DNA from: Actinomycetes bacterium
GTDB taxonomy: Bacteria; Actinomycetota; Acidimicrobiia; Acidimicrobiales; JAKAVM01
Direction: 5' to 3'
DNA: 64,000 nt
NCBI GenBank assembly: GCA_021827485.1
Contig: JAKAVM010000052.1
Coordinates: forward strand, 7,084 to 71,083
Shown: in pieces, positions 44,608 to 53,717 of the stretch
Layout: the number at the start of each line of letters is the position of its first letter
How positions within the stretch are numbered: position 1 is the first letter of the stretch
Translations under genes and position numbers: made by a program
The notes under the pieces: model-generated
Database searches by the model: none
Seen by the model: the letters and a program-made list of their open reading frames with translations, nothing else
Told to the model about the DNA's origin: nothing

Positions 44608-47600
44608 TCAACCAATCACCTTTGGAAACTCCACCACCTGTTGATAGGTGGGTCTGTTCTCCCAACTCATAGTAGGAAGCGGAATCGCCCCAGCTTGCTC
44701 AAACTCAATCTGATCAAACATTGGAAGTGTAATCTGTGATCCATGACTGATCGAAGATGCAACTGTATTATTATCTTGAGTCCAACTGGCAACGTCAGTT
44801 GAACCGGAATTATCGCTAACCAGAGCGTTATAGGCCACCTGGAAAGCATTCAAGATATCTTCTTGACATCTTTGTACGACACTTGTTGAATCTACAAGCG
44901 AGTTCGAGCCTATATTGGAGGCCGAACCCATATTGGGCGTCGGACTTGCATTGGGGGCTGGGCCTGCATTGGGGGCAGGGCCTGCATTGGGGGCTGGACA
45001 AAGCCTGGAAATCATTGAAGTTGAAAATGGCTGAGCCACTCTTGCACCTTCTATTTGATCAATCGCTTTCAACAAATATCCTTCCCATCCAGAGTAAAAA
45101 CCATCTCCATCGTGAACTCCGCCGTCATTTGGAGTTTCAGCAAAAAGCATCGATACTTTCTTATAGCCATTAACCAAACCATCGTAAGATTCTGTCCCAC
45201 CCGGACCATAAATCCCACTGTAGAAGCTTTCTACTAGTCCCGGATAGAGCTGGTCCCATATCGCGATTGCTGCGGCATTTTGATATTGTGTATCGACTGG
45301 CGATGCTTTGATGCGATGATACCCTGCAGCCGCCCAACTCTGGAGCTGCCCAATCATCTGATCTATGCCGGTTGGAGTTGTCGAATTCAGAGAGGGACCA
45401 ATTAGCTTCAAGATCGGATCGATTAGCGTATAGGCATCCAGATCCTGCGTAGCAGCGTTTTCGGCAACTTGAGCAACTTGGGCTCTGTCTAGTCTGTTGT
45501 GATGTAGCTTCAAGTAACTTACTAACCCGTTTGTTAGAAGTTGAGAACGAAATACTGGTCCCCATGCATATAGATCATCGCTGGCCGAAAAGCCTGGAGC
45601 TGGTTTATTGTTCCACGATACCAAATAACCATTTGGCGGATTGATGGCATGAGGATGCGCTGCGAAGGACAAGAAACCTTGCCACTCAGCTTGCCCAGTT
45701 CCCCACGTTGGCAAGTTGGGATTTACATGAGGATTCCTAATTGGATCACGACCAGATACATAATATGCTATGTCTTTCGAATTGAGATAAAACCAGTTGA
45801 AAGAGTATGAAATATCGGAGGCAGCTTTCATCCATCCACTGGGGGTTCCCGAGATTGAAGGCATTCCAAACTCTAAATACCCGACAAACTGATCTATATC
45901 ATGATTTGTAGTCGCATCCTGTCTGGAAATTGCAACGGGCTCACCATTGACCGAAGACCATCCTTGCACCACGCCGTGGACCGTCGAGTAAATAGTTCTC
46001 GTAATTGAATTAGCCGACGTTATACTTGTCGTACCCGGGGTAGATTCAGTAAAGACCTTCTTCGTCATTGCTAAGCATTTTCCATCAAACAGGTAGTGGG
46101 TCCCCAACGGTTGGACCTGACCACCTTGTGGATTGCATATCTTCTCAATCCTCATATCGACTTGATCAGTACTTGCGGTAGTCGCCGACCACGCATAGTC
46201 TGTTCCCCTTCCTAGCTCGACTTCAAAGTTTGCACCAGGAAAGCTTGCGCCAGTCGCTGAATATCCAGGGGCATGGAGATCCTCTTGCATCAGTATCTCA
46301 GGGTCGTAATAGCCAAGTTCAGGACCGAATACGGCAATCGGATGGCCACTTTTCGAAAGTTTTGCCGAAAGTACAACTGCATTTGACTCAGAATTGGGCT
46401 TACCCGAAAACAGTTTTGAGAGAGAGCCAACTATGCTAGCAACTTCATTAGCTACCTCGGTCGCTTTAGGGTACGGGGGCTGAGTTTGTGCCATGGCCTG
46501 GGGTTGAAGCTGTGACTGCGTCTTTGACGGGCTCTGCGGCAAAGATGTTGAACTCGCAACCCCAGATGCACTTGTTTGCGAATTTAATTGATTTCCAAAA
46601 GCATTAGTATTTGTACCTCCACTTGCTTGCTCAGCCCCCGAGAGACCTCCTTTGCAACCAGAAGTAAATTGAGGTGGAGAACCTGCTAAATCAGTCAGGC
46701 TCGTAGGCGCATTATCTGGCAGTGCAGTAAGCGACGGATTTATTCCCTTGGGAATCATATAGGGGAACCTTGTATTGATTACGGTCGGCGCGCTGGGATC
46801 ATTCTGCTCTTTCATGTCATTAAATATATTTTGAGCCGCCTGTTTCCCATACATCCCTTGCAGATATTCAAGTAAAGCAGCATTTTGAATCTCATTACCA
46901 CCACCTGTCGCCTCCAGCGCAATAAGAGTTGAAACAGCAACGACATCAGTTGGCTTCCATAAAGTTGGCTTTAAGCGTAATGCACTATATTCGAATGGCA
47001 TCATAGATGGATCCTTCAAAGCCTGGCTAATGTAGAGATTTACTCCTCGCACGTAGCTGTCAATCATCAACAATAAGTCGTTTCCTTTGGATCCATAGCG
47101 AGTCTTGAGTGCATTTAGCTGCTTTTGGTAATCTGCAGTTGTATATGCCTTAGACATGAGCGACTGGAAATCCATACTCTCATAGTCGCAAGAGTTCCCC
47201 ACAAATGACATCAAGTCCCCTTCCCCATAATGTCGTAATACGTCCATTAGGAACAATCGGTCTTGTGCCCCTGCGTAGCCAGCACCATAAGCCATGGACT
47301 CCAAACTCGATCCATAGATATGCGGAATACCATTCTTGTCTCGATAGATAACGACATTGACCTTGCGATTAGGTCGCTCGGTCTTTACCACTTGATTTGC
47401 TTTGATTCCGAACGATTCGTTGAGGAAATACTTATTGAGGGTACGGTCGGTTACGGTTGGAGATCCGTAGATAAAGTTATTGTACATCGAAAGCTGGTTA
47501 TCGGAATTGCTAGGGCGTAGACCAGTACTCTCAAACTTTTTGAAATCCGAAGCTGTGACAAGGCCGTTCTCGCCAGCAGGCAGGATATCCATGGCTTTAC

Positions 47601-47760
47601 CCTGTGATCCATCTTGAAATCCATAAGTTCCCTTGGGGGAGCTAAGTCCAATGAGAGAACCACCTGAGCCGGAGGAGCAGCTGGTAAGTACCGTCATCGA
47701 CAAAAATAAAACAATCGCGAGTTTCAATGCCGCTTTACCACTTCTAATTTTGGCCATCAA
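44608..47760 (-). CDS. Penicillin/AHL-acylase-family (Ntn hydrolase, peptidase S45) lipoprotein
   Basis: The lipobox is VLTSCSSGSG. The alpha-subunit motif is NGIPHIYG. The candidate autoprocessing nucleophile is Ser in NSE|SNAVVLS (codon 46386..46384). A long low-complexity spacer and a PAPNAG repeat are also present. Confidence 0.7.
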   Translation of the reverse strand: MMAKIRSGKAALKLAIVLFLSMTVLTSCSSGSGGSLIGLSSPKGTYGFQDGSQGKAMDILPAGENGLVTASDFKKFESTGLRPSNSDNQLSMYNNFIYGSPTVTDRTLNKYFLNESFGIKANQVVKTERPNRKVNVVIYRDKNGIPHIYGSSLESMAYGAGYAGAQDRLFLMDVLRHYGEGDLMSFVGNSCDYESMDFQSLMSKAYTTADYQKQLNALKTRYGSKGNDLLLMIDSYVRGVNLYISQALKDPSMMPFEYSALRLKPTLWKPTDVVAVSTLIALEATGGGNEIQNAALLEYLQGMYGKQAAQNIFNDMKEQNDPSAPTVINTRFPYMIPKGINPSLTALPDNAPTSLTDLAGSPPQFTSGCKGGLSGAEQASGGTNTNAFGNQLNSQTSASGVASSTSLPQSPSKTQSQLQPQAMAQTQPPYPKATEVANEVASIVGSLSKLFSGKPNSESNAVVLSAKLSKSGHPIAVFGPELGYYDPEILMQEDLHAPGYSATGASFPGANFEVELGRGTDYAWSATTASTDQVDMRIEKICNPQGGQVQPLGTHYLFDGKCLAMTKKVFTESTPGTTSITSANSITRTIYSTVHGVVQGWSSVNGEPVAISRQDATTNHDIDQFVGYLEFGMPSISGTPSGWMKAASDISYSFNWFYLNSKDIAYYVSGRDPIRNPHVNPNLPTWGTGQAEWQGFLSFAAHPHAINPPNGYLVSWNNKPAPGFSASDDLYAWGPVFRSQLLTNGLVSYLKLHHNRLDRAQVAQVAENAATQDLDAYTLIDPILKLIGPSLNSTTPTGIDQMIGQLQSWAAAGYHRIKASPVDTQYQNAAAIAIWDQLYPGLVESFYSGIYGPGGTESYDGLVNGYKKVSMLFAETPNDGGVHDGDGFYSGWEGYLLKAIDQIEGARVAQPFSTSMISRLCPAPNAGPAPNAGPAPNASPTPNMGSASNIGSNSLVDSTSVVQRCQEDILNAFQVAYNALVSDNSGSTDVASWTQDNNTVASSISHGSQITLPMFDQIEFEQAGAIPLPTMSWENRPTYQQVVEFPKVIG
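44930..45006. repeat. 18-bp in-frame tandem repeat gcattgggggc[t/a]gggcct (about 3 copies plus degenerate flank; encodes PAPNAG)
   Basis: Read directly inside the acylase gene. Confidence 0.85.
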
Positions 47761-47897
47761 AAAATTCCCCTTTCAGTGGAACACAGTGTAGCCAACTAGC
47801 TGGTGATGGTTCAGGAATATGAAAAATGTCCGGTTATCTTCCGCAAAAACCCAAACAAATCTTTTCAAGTATGCCCCTGAACTATTAGAGTAGATCC

Positions 47898-47973
47898 GGG
47901 CCGCTAGCTCATCAGGTAGAGCAGGGGACTTTTAATCCCAAGGTGCCGGGTTCGAGCCCCGGGCGGCCCACCA
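47898..47973 (+). tRNA. tRNA-Lys (anticodon TTT), CCA encoded
   Basis: GGGCCGC TA GCTC ATCAGGTA GAGC A GGGGA CTTTTAA TCCCA AGGTG CCGGG TTCGAGC CCCGG GCGGCCC A CCA. Confidence 0.9.
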
Positions 47974-49231
47974 ATAACATCCAGGTCAAAGGCTAGTTTT
48001 GGAAATATCCCACATCTCTCGCCTTGATTTGCTACTCTGATGCTACTCCACGGAGTAGCAAATAAAAAGGAGCCAGCAAGACAAACTTATGCAAGGACAT
48101 GTGAGACAAAGAGGAGATGCATGGGAACTACGCGCTTTTGTCGGACGCGATCCGGTCACTCAACGAAAAAAGTACCTGACTCGTACGTTCCGAGGCGGCA
48201 AACGTGGGGCGAACGAAGCACTGGCAAAGTTCGTCACAGAGGTAGGAGGTGGCGGCCATTCGGCACAGGACGCTACGGTGGCCGACCTAATCCGCCAGTG
48301 GTTCGAGATGGCAAAGCCAGACCTGTCTCCGACGACGGTGCGTGGGTATGCGCGCAATATCGAAACCTTCATCCTACCCGCTCTTGGACCGATTCCCCTC
48401 GCTAGGCTGAAGACGTCTCAACTCGATCAGTACTATGCCAAATTGCGCGACCAAGGCGGGAAAGGCGGAACCCCTCTTGCGCCAGCTTCCGTACGCCAAG
48501 TTCATGCGATACTTCGTCGAGCACTGACCCAGGGAGTGCGATGGGGATGGATAACCTCCAATCCTGCAGCATTTGCTTCGCCGCCTAAAGTACGTCGTCA
48601 ACAGTTGCAACTGCCGGAACCCAATGACGTGATCAAGCTCATCGAGACCGCAGAGTCGCGTGACTTAGATATGGGATGCTTTCTAAGGCTTGCAGTGACA
48701 ACAGGTGCCAGACGAGGAGAGCTTTGCGGGCTGCGCTGGAACGACATTGACTTCAAGACTCAAAGCCTCACTATTTCCCGGTCCGTTGTAGAAGGAGAGC
48801 ACGGTGCAATCATCGAGAAGGACACCAAAACGCACTCATCACGTCAAATCGCTCTCGATAGCGTTTCATTCAAGACTCTTGTAGCTCGTCGAGCGAGAGC
48901 TACTGAAGTTGGATTGAACGTTGGAATATCACTTGCAAAAAATGCTTTCGTCTTCAGTAACGCTGCTGATAGCCTTCGGCCCTGGGAGCCCTCAGCGGTG
49001 AGCAAGGAGTTCAATCAGATTCGACAACTGGCGGGACTGGACAGCTTCCGCCTTCACGACCTTCGTCACTTTGCGGCGACCCGCCTGCTAGCAGCAGGAA
49101 TCTCGGTTCGGACAGTTAGCGGTCGGCTCGGCCATTCCAATGCTGCTACAACTCTCGGCGTGTACGCTCACTTCGTTGAAGCATCGGATCGCGACGCAGC
49201 AGAGAAACTGGGTGCGATTCTGTCACGATAG
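47974..49231 (+). mobile_element. tRNA-Lys-associated integrase module (left end of a putative, degraded genomic island)
   Basis: The tyrosine recombinase gene starts 115 nt after the tRNA 3' end. A 9-bp-arm hairpin tgctactcc-ac-ggagtagca lies at 48041-48060. The DNA downstream is A+T-rich and ORF-poor. Confidence 0.55.
48089..49231 (+). CDS. int: Tyrosine recombinase / phage-type integrase
   Basis: The N-terminus MQGHVRQRGDAWELRAFVGRDPVTQRKKY is of the actinobacterial integrase type. Catalytic-region motifs are TGARRGELCGLRW, HDLRHFAAT and LGHSNAATTLGVYAH. Confidence 0.9.
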   Translation: MQGHVRQRGDAWELRAFVGRDPVTQRKKYLTRTFRGGKRGANEALAKFVTEVGGGGHSAQDATVADLIRQWFEMAKPDLSPTTVRGYARNIETFILPALGPIPLARLKTSQLDQYYAKLRDQGGKGGTPLAPASVRQVHAILRRALTQGVRWGWITSNPAAFASPPKVRRQQLQLPEPNDVIKLIETAESRDLDMGCFLRLAVTTGARRGELCGLRWNDIDFKTQSLTISRSVVEGEHGAIIEKDTKTHSSRQIALDSVSFKTLVARRARATEVGLNVGISLAKNAFVFSNAADSLRPWEPSAVSKEFNQIRQLAGLDSFRLHDLRHFAATRLLAAGISVRTVSGRLGHSNAATTLGVYAHFVEASDRDAAEKLGAILSR

Positions 49232-49462
49232 CCTCCATGGAATGACCTGACGATATCATATCGTATACCGATTAGTTTGTACTATTATTTATCTATGACG
49301 TTATAAAGAGGAACTTTTTTCAATCAGTGAATTTTACTTCTATGAAGAAATAAGTTTCGATAGTGCTGACCTACGATGATACTCGTTGTGGCACCCCCTG
49401 AGTGGGGGCGATGATTTGGGCGTTCAGGGCACTACCGGGATTCTTCCACGACCTTCGAACTG

Positions 49463-49765
49463 CTAGGCCGCAGCAAAGCCATTAATCGGACTAGGCGACG
49501 GATTGGCTCCAAGGGAACCTACATACCCAGCATCACCGAATGCAAAAACTCCTCCGTCAGCACCTGCTAGCCAGTTTCCTCCACCGTCAGGAGTGGAGGA
49601 GATCGAAGGTACAAAGCTAGTAGGATTTGCACTTAGAGAATATAGTTGTCCCGTACCGACAGCTTCAACGTTTCCGATCGCATTAATTCGAAAAACAAAG
49701 CTACCTCCAATTGAGATTGGAATTGTCTCCATCCTTGCGCTTGCCCTCCCTGATTGAAACTGCAC
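49463..49765 (-). pseudogene. Detached C-terminal GYW-repeat fragment, in frame with the upstream gene across a TAA
   Basis: TPDGGGNWLAGADGGVFAFGDAGYVGSLGANPSPSPINGF matches the terminal blade of the other family members. The codons read tgc taa att ccc gtg, in the same frame as 49772..51871. Confidence 0.55.
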
Positions 49766-49771
49766 GGGAAT

Positions 49772-51871
49772 TTAGCATAGACATCTTGCTATCCCGACTG
49801 TTGAATGCAGATTACCCCCTGAAATTGCGTTACCAAAATAGCCTGCCTCCCCATAGGCAAATACTCCGCCGTCGGAAACTGCTAGCCAATATCCTCCACC
49901 ATCTGGAGTTGCGGCAATTGCCACCACTGGGGCTGAGAGCTTTAGATTTGACGGCGATCCGAAGAAATTTGCATCCCCATAGGCAAATACTCCGCCGTCG
50001 GAAGCTGCTAGCCAATATCCTCCACCGTCTGGAGTTGCCGCAATTGCCACCACTGGGGCTGAGAGCTTGAGATTTGACGGCGATCCGAAGAAATTTGCAT
50101 CCCCATAGGCAAATACCCCTCCGTCAGATGCTGCTAGCCAATATCCCCCGCCGTCTGGGGTAGCGGAGATCGCGACTATATAGGCAGACGAAGACACTGC
50201 AGTTTTGGGAGTGTAGCTACAAGCATCGCCAAGAGTTGTGATAGTTGCATTTGACGAAGCGAGCCAGTAGCCATGCCCGCGATTGATACTTGTAGGCAGG
50301 TGGATATCAAAGGAGAAACTATAACTTGTGATCCCCGGCCCTATCACAGTTACCATCACTGAACTTGGAGAGCAAGTACTTGAGGTGTTCACCGGTTCAG
50401 CGGGCAAAGCTGGGGCAACAGTTTGGATCTCAGTATCTGAGATAATTGAGAATGATGTCGCAGCTTGGCTCCCGAAGTAAACAGCGCTTGCCCCAAGTAA
50501 TCCAGATCCGCCAAGCGTTACGGTTTCTCCCCCACTAGAAATTCCCTCCTCAGGAGTTATAGAGTTTATTAGTGGAATGCTTGATCCAACTTCTCTAATT
50601 TGATTGGCATATTGCTCTTCAATAAAGAGCTGGCCCGATGGTGAGATAGCAAGAGATGCTGGGTCGTAGACAGACGCTTGTGTAGCTGGTCCACCGTCAC
50701 CTGGTAGTCCGATCTTTCCAATTCCTGCAAAACTTGTCACTATGCCGGTCGTCGCCGACACCTCCCACACGCGGTTGTAGTTGGTGTCAGATATAAAGAC
50801 ATTTCCCGATTGGTCAACTGTAATCCCGCCAATATTGCCGAACGTAACCGAAGTTGCCGATTGACCGTCGTTGCCGCCGTTGCCGCCGTTGATCGCAGAA
50901 CTGCTGCATGATAAAGAGCCTGTGCCCGATCCGGCAACCGTTAGAAGAATTCCGGTCGATGCGTCAATCTTACTCACCTTACAGTCGGTGAATTGGCCAA
51001 CATAGAGATCTCCCGACGGGCCGATTGCGATCTCTGACAACGCGCCCAGCATTTCAGAGGTTGCTGGTATGTCCGATGCACTCGACGTGCCTCCTCCGGC
51101 GACAAGGTAGATACTGCCTGAAACCATCGACATCCCAAACTGACTATGACTGGTCGTTGCTATCTCCTCTACTGCTCCTTGCCCAACACTAATCAGAACA
51201 TCCCCTCGGGTATCGATCACCAAAGAGCCTGGATAGTAGAGCTGAGCAGCACTTGCAGGACCACCTAACCCGGTCAATCCCGCTGTTCCGGTTCCGGCAA
51301 TGGTTGTTATATCCCCAGTTGCCTTGGATATCTCGCGCACTCGTTGATTTGTAGAATCACTTATAAATACGTTGCCTGCGCTATCTACAGCGACTCCATC
51401 TACTTGACCAAGTTGAGCCTTGGTGGCTGGACCACCATCTCCCGAAAAGCCACACATCCTAGGAATCCCGGCAATTGTAAAGATCAACCCAGTCTTAGCT
51501 GACACTTCCCTAACAATGCAGTTGTAGGTATCGGCAATAAAGAGATTGCCATGACTATCTAGTGCAACTGCTCCAGCTGGACCAGGGCAATTTGATCCCA
51601 TGCAGTTTCCAAAGTAGGAGAAGAATAGTGTCGCCTGGGTTGCAAAACCACCGTCTCCCGAATAAGAACCACCCAGGAACCCTGGTGTCCCAACAACTGT
51701 CGAGATCGTTGGTACTCCGTCAATGTTTGATCTGCCTAATATGTTGTATTTGGAGACGTTACGGTTGCCAGCAACTAAGGCCTGAGCACCGAGTGAGCCG
51801 ACAGTATTTATTATCATGAAAGGCCCGAGTAGTAACACTAGAGTTACTATCCAAGTACGAAACATAATCAA
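49772..51871 (-). CDS. Secreted NHL-repeat + IPT/TIG + GYW-repeat protein (C-terminally interrupted)
   Basis: The signal peptide is MFRTWIVTLVLLLGPFMIINTVGSLGAQA. NHL blades include GDGGPATKAQLGQVDGVAVDSAGNVFISDSTNQRVREI. The IPT/TIG segment is ITPEEGISSGGETVTLGGSGLLGASAVYFG. There are four GYW repeats. Confidence 0.75.
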   Translation of the reverse strand: MIMFRTWIVTLVLLLGPFMIINTVGSLGAQALVAGNRNVSKYNILGRSNIDGVPTISTVVGTPGFLGGSYSGDGGFATQATLFFSYFGNCMGSNCPGPAGAVALDSHGNLFIADTYNCIVREVSAKTGLIFTIAGIPRMCGFSGDGGPATKAQLGQVDGVAVDSAGNVFISDSTNQRVREISKATGDITTIAGTGTAGLTGLGGPASAAQLYYPGSLVIDTRGDVLISVGQGAVEEIATTSHSQFGMSMVSGSIYLVAGGGTSSASDIPATSEMLGALSEIAIGPSGDLYVGQFTDCKVSKIDASTGILLTVAGSGTGSLSCSSSAINGGNGGNDGQSATSVTFGNIGGITVDQSGNVFISDTNYNRVWEVSATTGIVTSFAGIGKIGLPGDGGPATQASVYDPASLAISPSGQLFIEEQYANQIREVGSSIPLINSITPEEGISSGGETVTLGGSGLLGASAVYFGSQAATSFSIISDTEIQTVAPALPAEPVNTSSTCSPSSVMVTVIGPGITSYSFSFDIHLPTSINRGHGYWLASSNATITTLGDACSYTPKTAVSSSAYIVAISATPDGGGYWLAASDGGVFAYGDANFFGSPSNLKLSAPVVAIAATPDGGGYWLAASDGGVFAYGDANFFGSPSNLKLSAPVVAIAATPDGGGYWLAVSDGGVFAYGEAGYFGNAISGGNLHSTVGIARCLC
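49849..50165. repeat. 126-bp coding tandem repeat, 2 full copies with 4 mismatches in 126 plus a diverged third copy
   Basis: Units start at 49849, 49975 and 50101 (ccccataggcaaatac...). Each unit encodes one 42-aa GYW blade. Confidence 0.9.
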
Positions 51872-52626
51872 TCTAATACCATGAGATATTTTCTACCAGA
51901 CCAGCAATACGGTTGTTCACATTCGAGTACCCATTGTCTACAATGTACAATCGTGTTACGATCCAACCGAGGCAGACTATGGAGCACTAGCTGACACCAC
52001 CCACTGTTCAAGATCTTGCTCTGGAATTGCACGATCTCCCCTAACATGCGTCATTCTGTGTTCCACTTCCGCTTCCCTTCTTTCCACGGTTGTCTTGAAT
52101 TAGCTTTTTTACCTCAAGTACAAATATAGAGTAGAGCTAACATGCCAAGAGGGCTGTAACATTTTTGCCAATTGTACTAGATTCCCCAGACTTCTTAAAA
52201 ATACTCTTGCTCTACGAACGTTATAGAAGATGTTGAAATTTTCAAAGTTGACCCTTGAAAACGCTGCGTTGAAGGACCCTGGAAAGGGGTTCTTATATCG
52301 TCAGCCAGTTTCAATAAGAGTTGCTTTGAATATTTTCTCTATTATACCATTTATTTAATATTCTTGAGATTACTACTGGAGAGTTATCCCGTTGAATAAA
52401 TCGTTGAGTACCTCTCTGCTTGAGGAACCTTTCTAGCGTTTCAACTTTGGTTATATGAGGTTACTTAGTATCCATTTCAAATGCTAACGCTTGAGAGGGT
52501 CCTCACGCCGTTCCAGGCAGTACGTTCTCATGACAAATAGGCAGGTAGAGTAGGGTGTACCGTCCCGCTGAATATCCTACAATCTTGTCCGTTTTGATGT
52601 GTAGGCTGTAAGTCTGGTTCCGCTAA

Positions 52627-53364
52627 CTAGCCATTTTTCTTGTACCAATCAAGTGCGAATTGATCGATTGTATCTACATCACGCCATAGTACAAACTCGA
52701 TTATCTCACACGCTGCTCCTAGCCTCTGCGCCCATCCGTGCATCGTCGACACATACCGACAGAATCCGTCAGAGTCGGATAATGGACGATGATCGCTCCG
52801 TACAAATCTCCGATATCCAGACAAGCTCGCTAATGACCAGGACACCTTGGTGTCAAGAATGAGTGGAAACTCGTCCATATCCATCGATTTTCCGGAGAAG
52901 TAAAGAAACTTAGTAAAGAATGCGGAACCGATCCCATTGATGTCGCAGAACTCCTTGTAAGCACCTCCAATGTCCTTAGAGGCAAGACAATTTCGCGACT
53001 TACTTAGCCTCGTCTTCGTCTTCTGATCAGAAAGAAATGAACAGATATCCCGGAGACGATAGTGTCGACCCACTGAGGTCCCATACCCCCACATGAGTGA
53101 TGCGATCAGCATCCTTCGATCGAGGGTTGATTGATCCGGAGAATCAGAACCTAAGCCGTCAATTATATCGTGTCGAGATATTTCATCAGAATAATGTTTA
53201 TGAATCCAAGCAACATCCGGATCATTCGCAAGTAATGAAGGGTGATCTTTGTTACCCATCCACTGGTGCGGCGAATAGCCATACCTCTTCGTCATTACTG
53301 TTTTTGACCCTGGAACATCAGCCTGCCTCCAGTAGGCTTCTAACGTTCGAAACGTGTCACTCAT
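52627..53364 (-). CDS. OGG-fold (8-oxoguanine DNA glycosylase-like fold) family protein of unknown role
   Basis: 245 aa. LIASLMWGYGTSVGRHYRL..GIGSAFFTKFLYFSG..FPLILDTKV is the pattern I associate with the family annotated as 'OGG fold protein'. This is from memory and is not verified. Confidence 0.45.
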   Translation of the reverse strand: MSDTFRTLEAYWRQADVPGSKTVMTKRYGYSPHQWMGNKDHPSLLANDPDVAWIHKHYSDEISRHDIIDGLGSDSPDQSTLDRRMLIASLMWGYGTSVGRHYRLRDICSFLSDQKTKTRLSKSRNCLASKDIGGAYKEFCDINGIGSAFFTKFLYFSGKSMDMDEFPLILDTKVSWSLASLSGYRRFVRSDHRPLSDSDGFCRYVSTMHGWAQRLGAACEIIEFVLWRDVDTIDQFALDWYKKNG

Positions 53365-53512
53365 CCGTACAATATACCGATCTTTGCAACAGAAGTTCCT
53401 TATCCAGCTCTATTCTCGGCCTCGGTAGGATTTCCTTGAACTCTATGGCAACTTCTGCAACGGTTCGATCAGAATTAATGATCCGATTAGCAGCCTCAAT
53501 CCTGTACTCCAT
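53357..53512 (-). CDS. 51-aa HTH-like small ORF, translationally coupled to the OGG-fold gene (alternatively an IS3 OrfA N-terminal relic)
   Basis: Hand translation gives MEYRIEAANRIINSDRTVAEVAIEFKEILPRPRIELDKELLLQRSVYCTDE*. Its TGA overlaps the downstream ATG (gATGAGTGA). It is below the 60-aa cutoff of the ORF track. Confidence 0.35.
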   Translation of the reverse strand: MEYRIEAANRIINSDRTVAEVAIEFKEILPRPRIELDKELLLQRSVYCTDE

Positions 53513-53717
53513 GTAAACTCTCTTCGCCTAGTTGACAAAATATATCCTTTCACAGGTCTCATGCCTGAATAATATAGATATCTACTATTTTTGGGGAACC
53601 CCAAAACTAGTCTTCCGATTGAGAGCATCTATGCAACCTCGTTGGGTTCGAGCCCAGGTTGTGTGCGAAATTGTGTGCAAAAAGGCTTTGGCAGCACTGT
53701 AGTAGTGCACTAATATA

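Noticed and set aside
53097-53516. A 139-aa plus-strand ORF covering the OGG-fold gene start and the small HTH ORF
   Set aside because: It is antisense to a longer ORF with family-like motifs. Its translation is Ser/Leu-rich with no features.
53640-53660. The tRNA T-arm-like sequence gttgggttcgagcccagg, which shares 12 contiguous nt and about 16 of 22 positions with the tRNA-Lys 3' region. I considered it as attR or a tRNA pseudogene.
   Set aside because: It does not fold into a proper T-arm, and no acceptor or anticodon arms are detectable around it. GGTTCGAGCCC is generic to many tRNAs. It is too short and degenerate to define an island boundary without a real alignment search.
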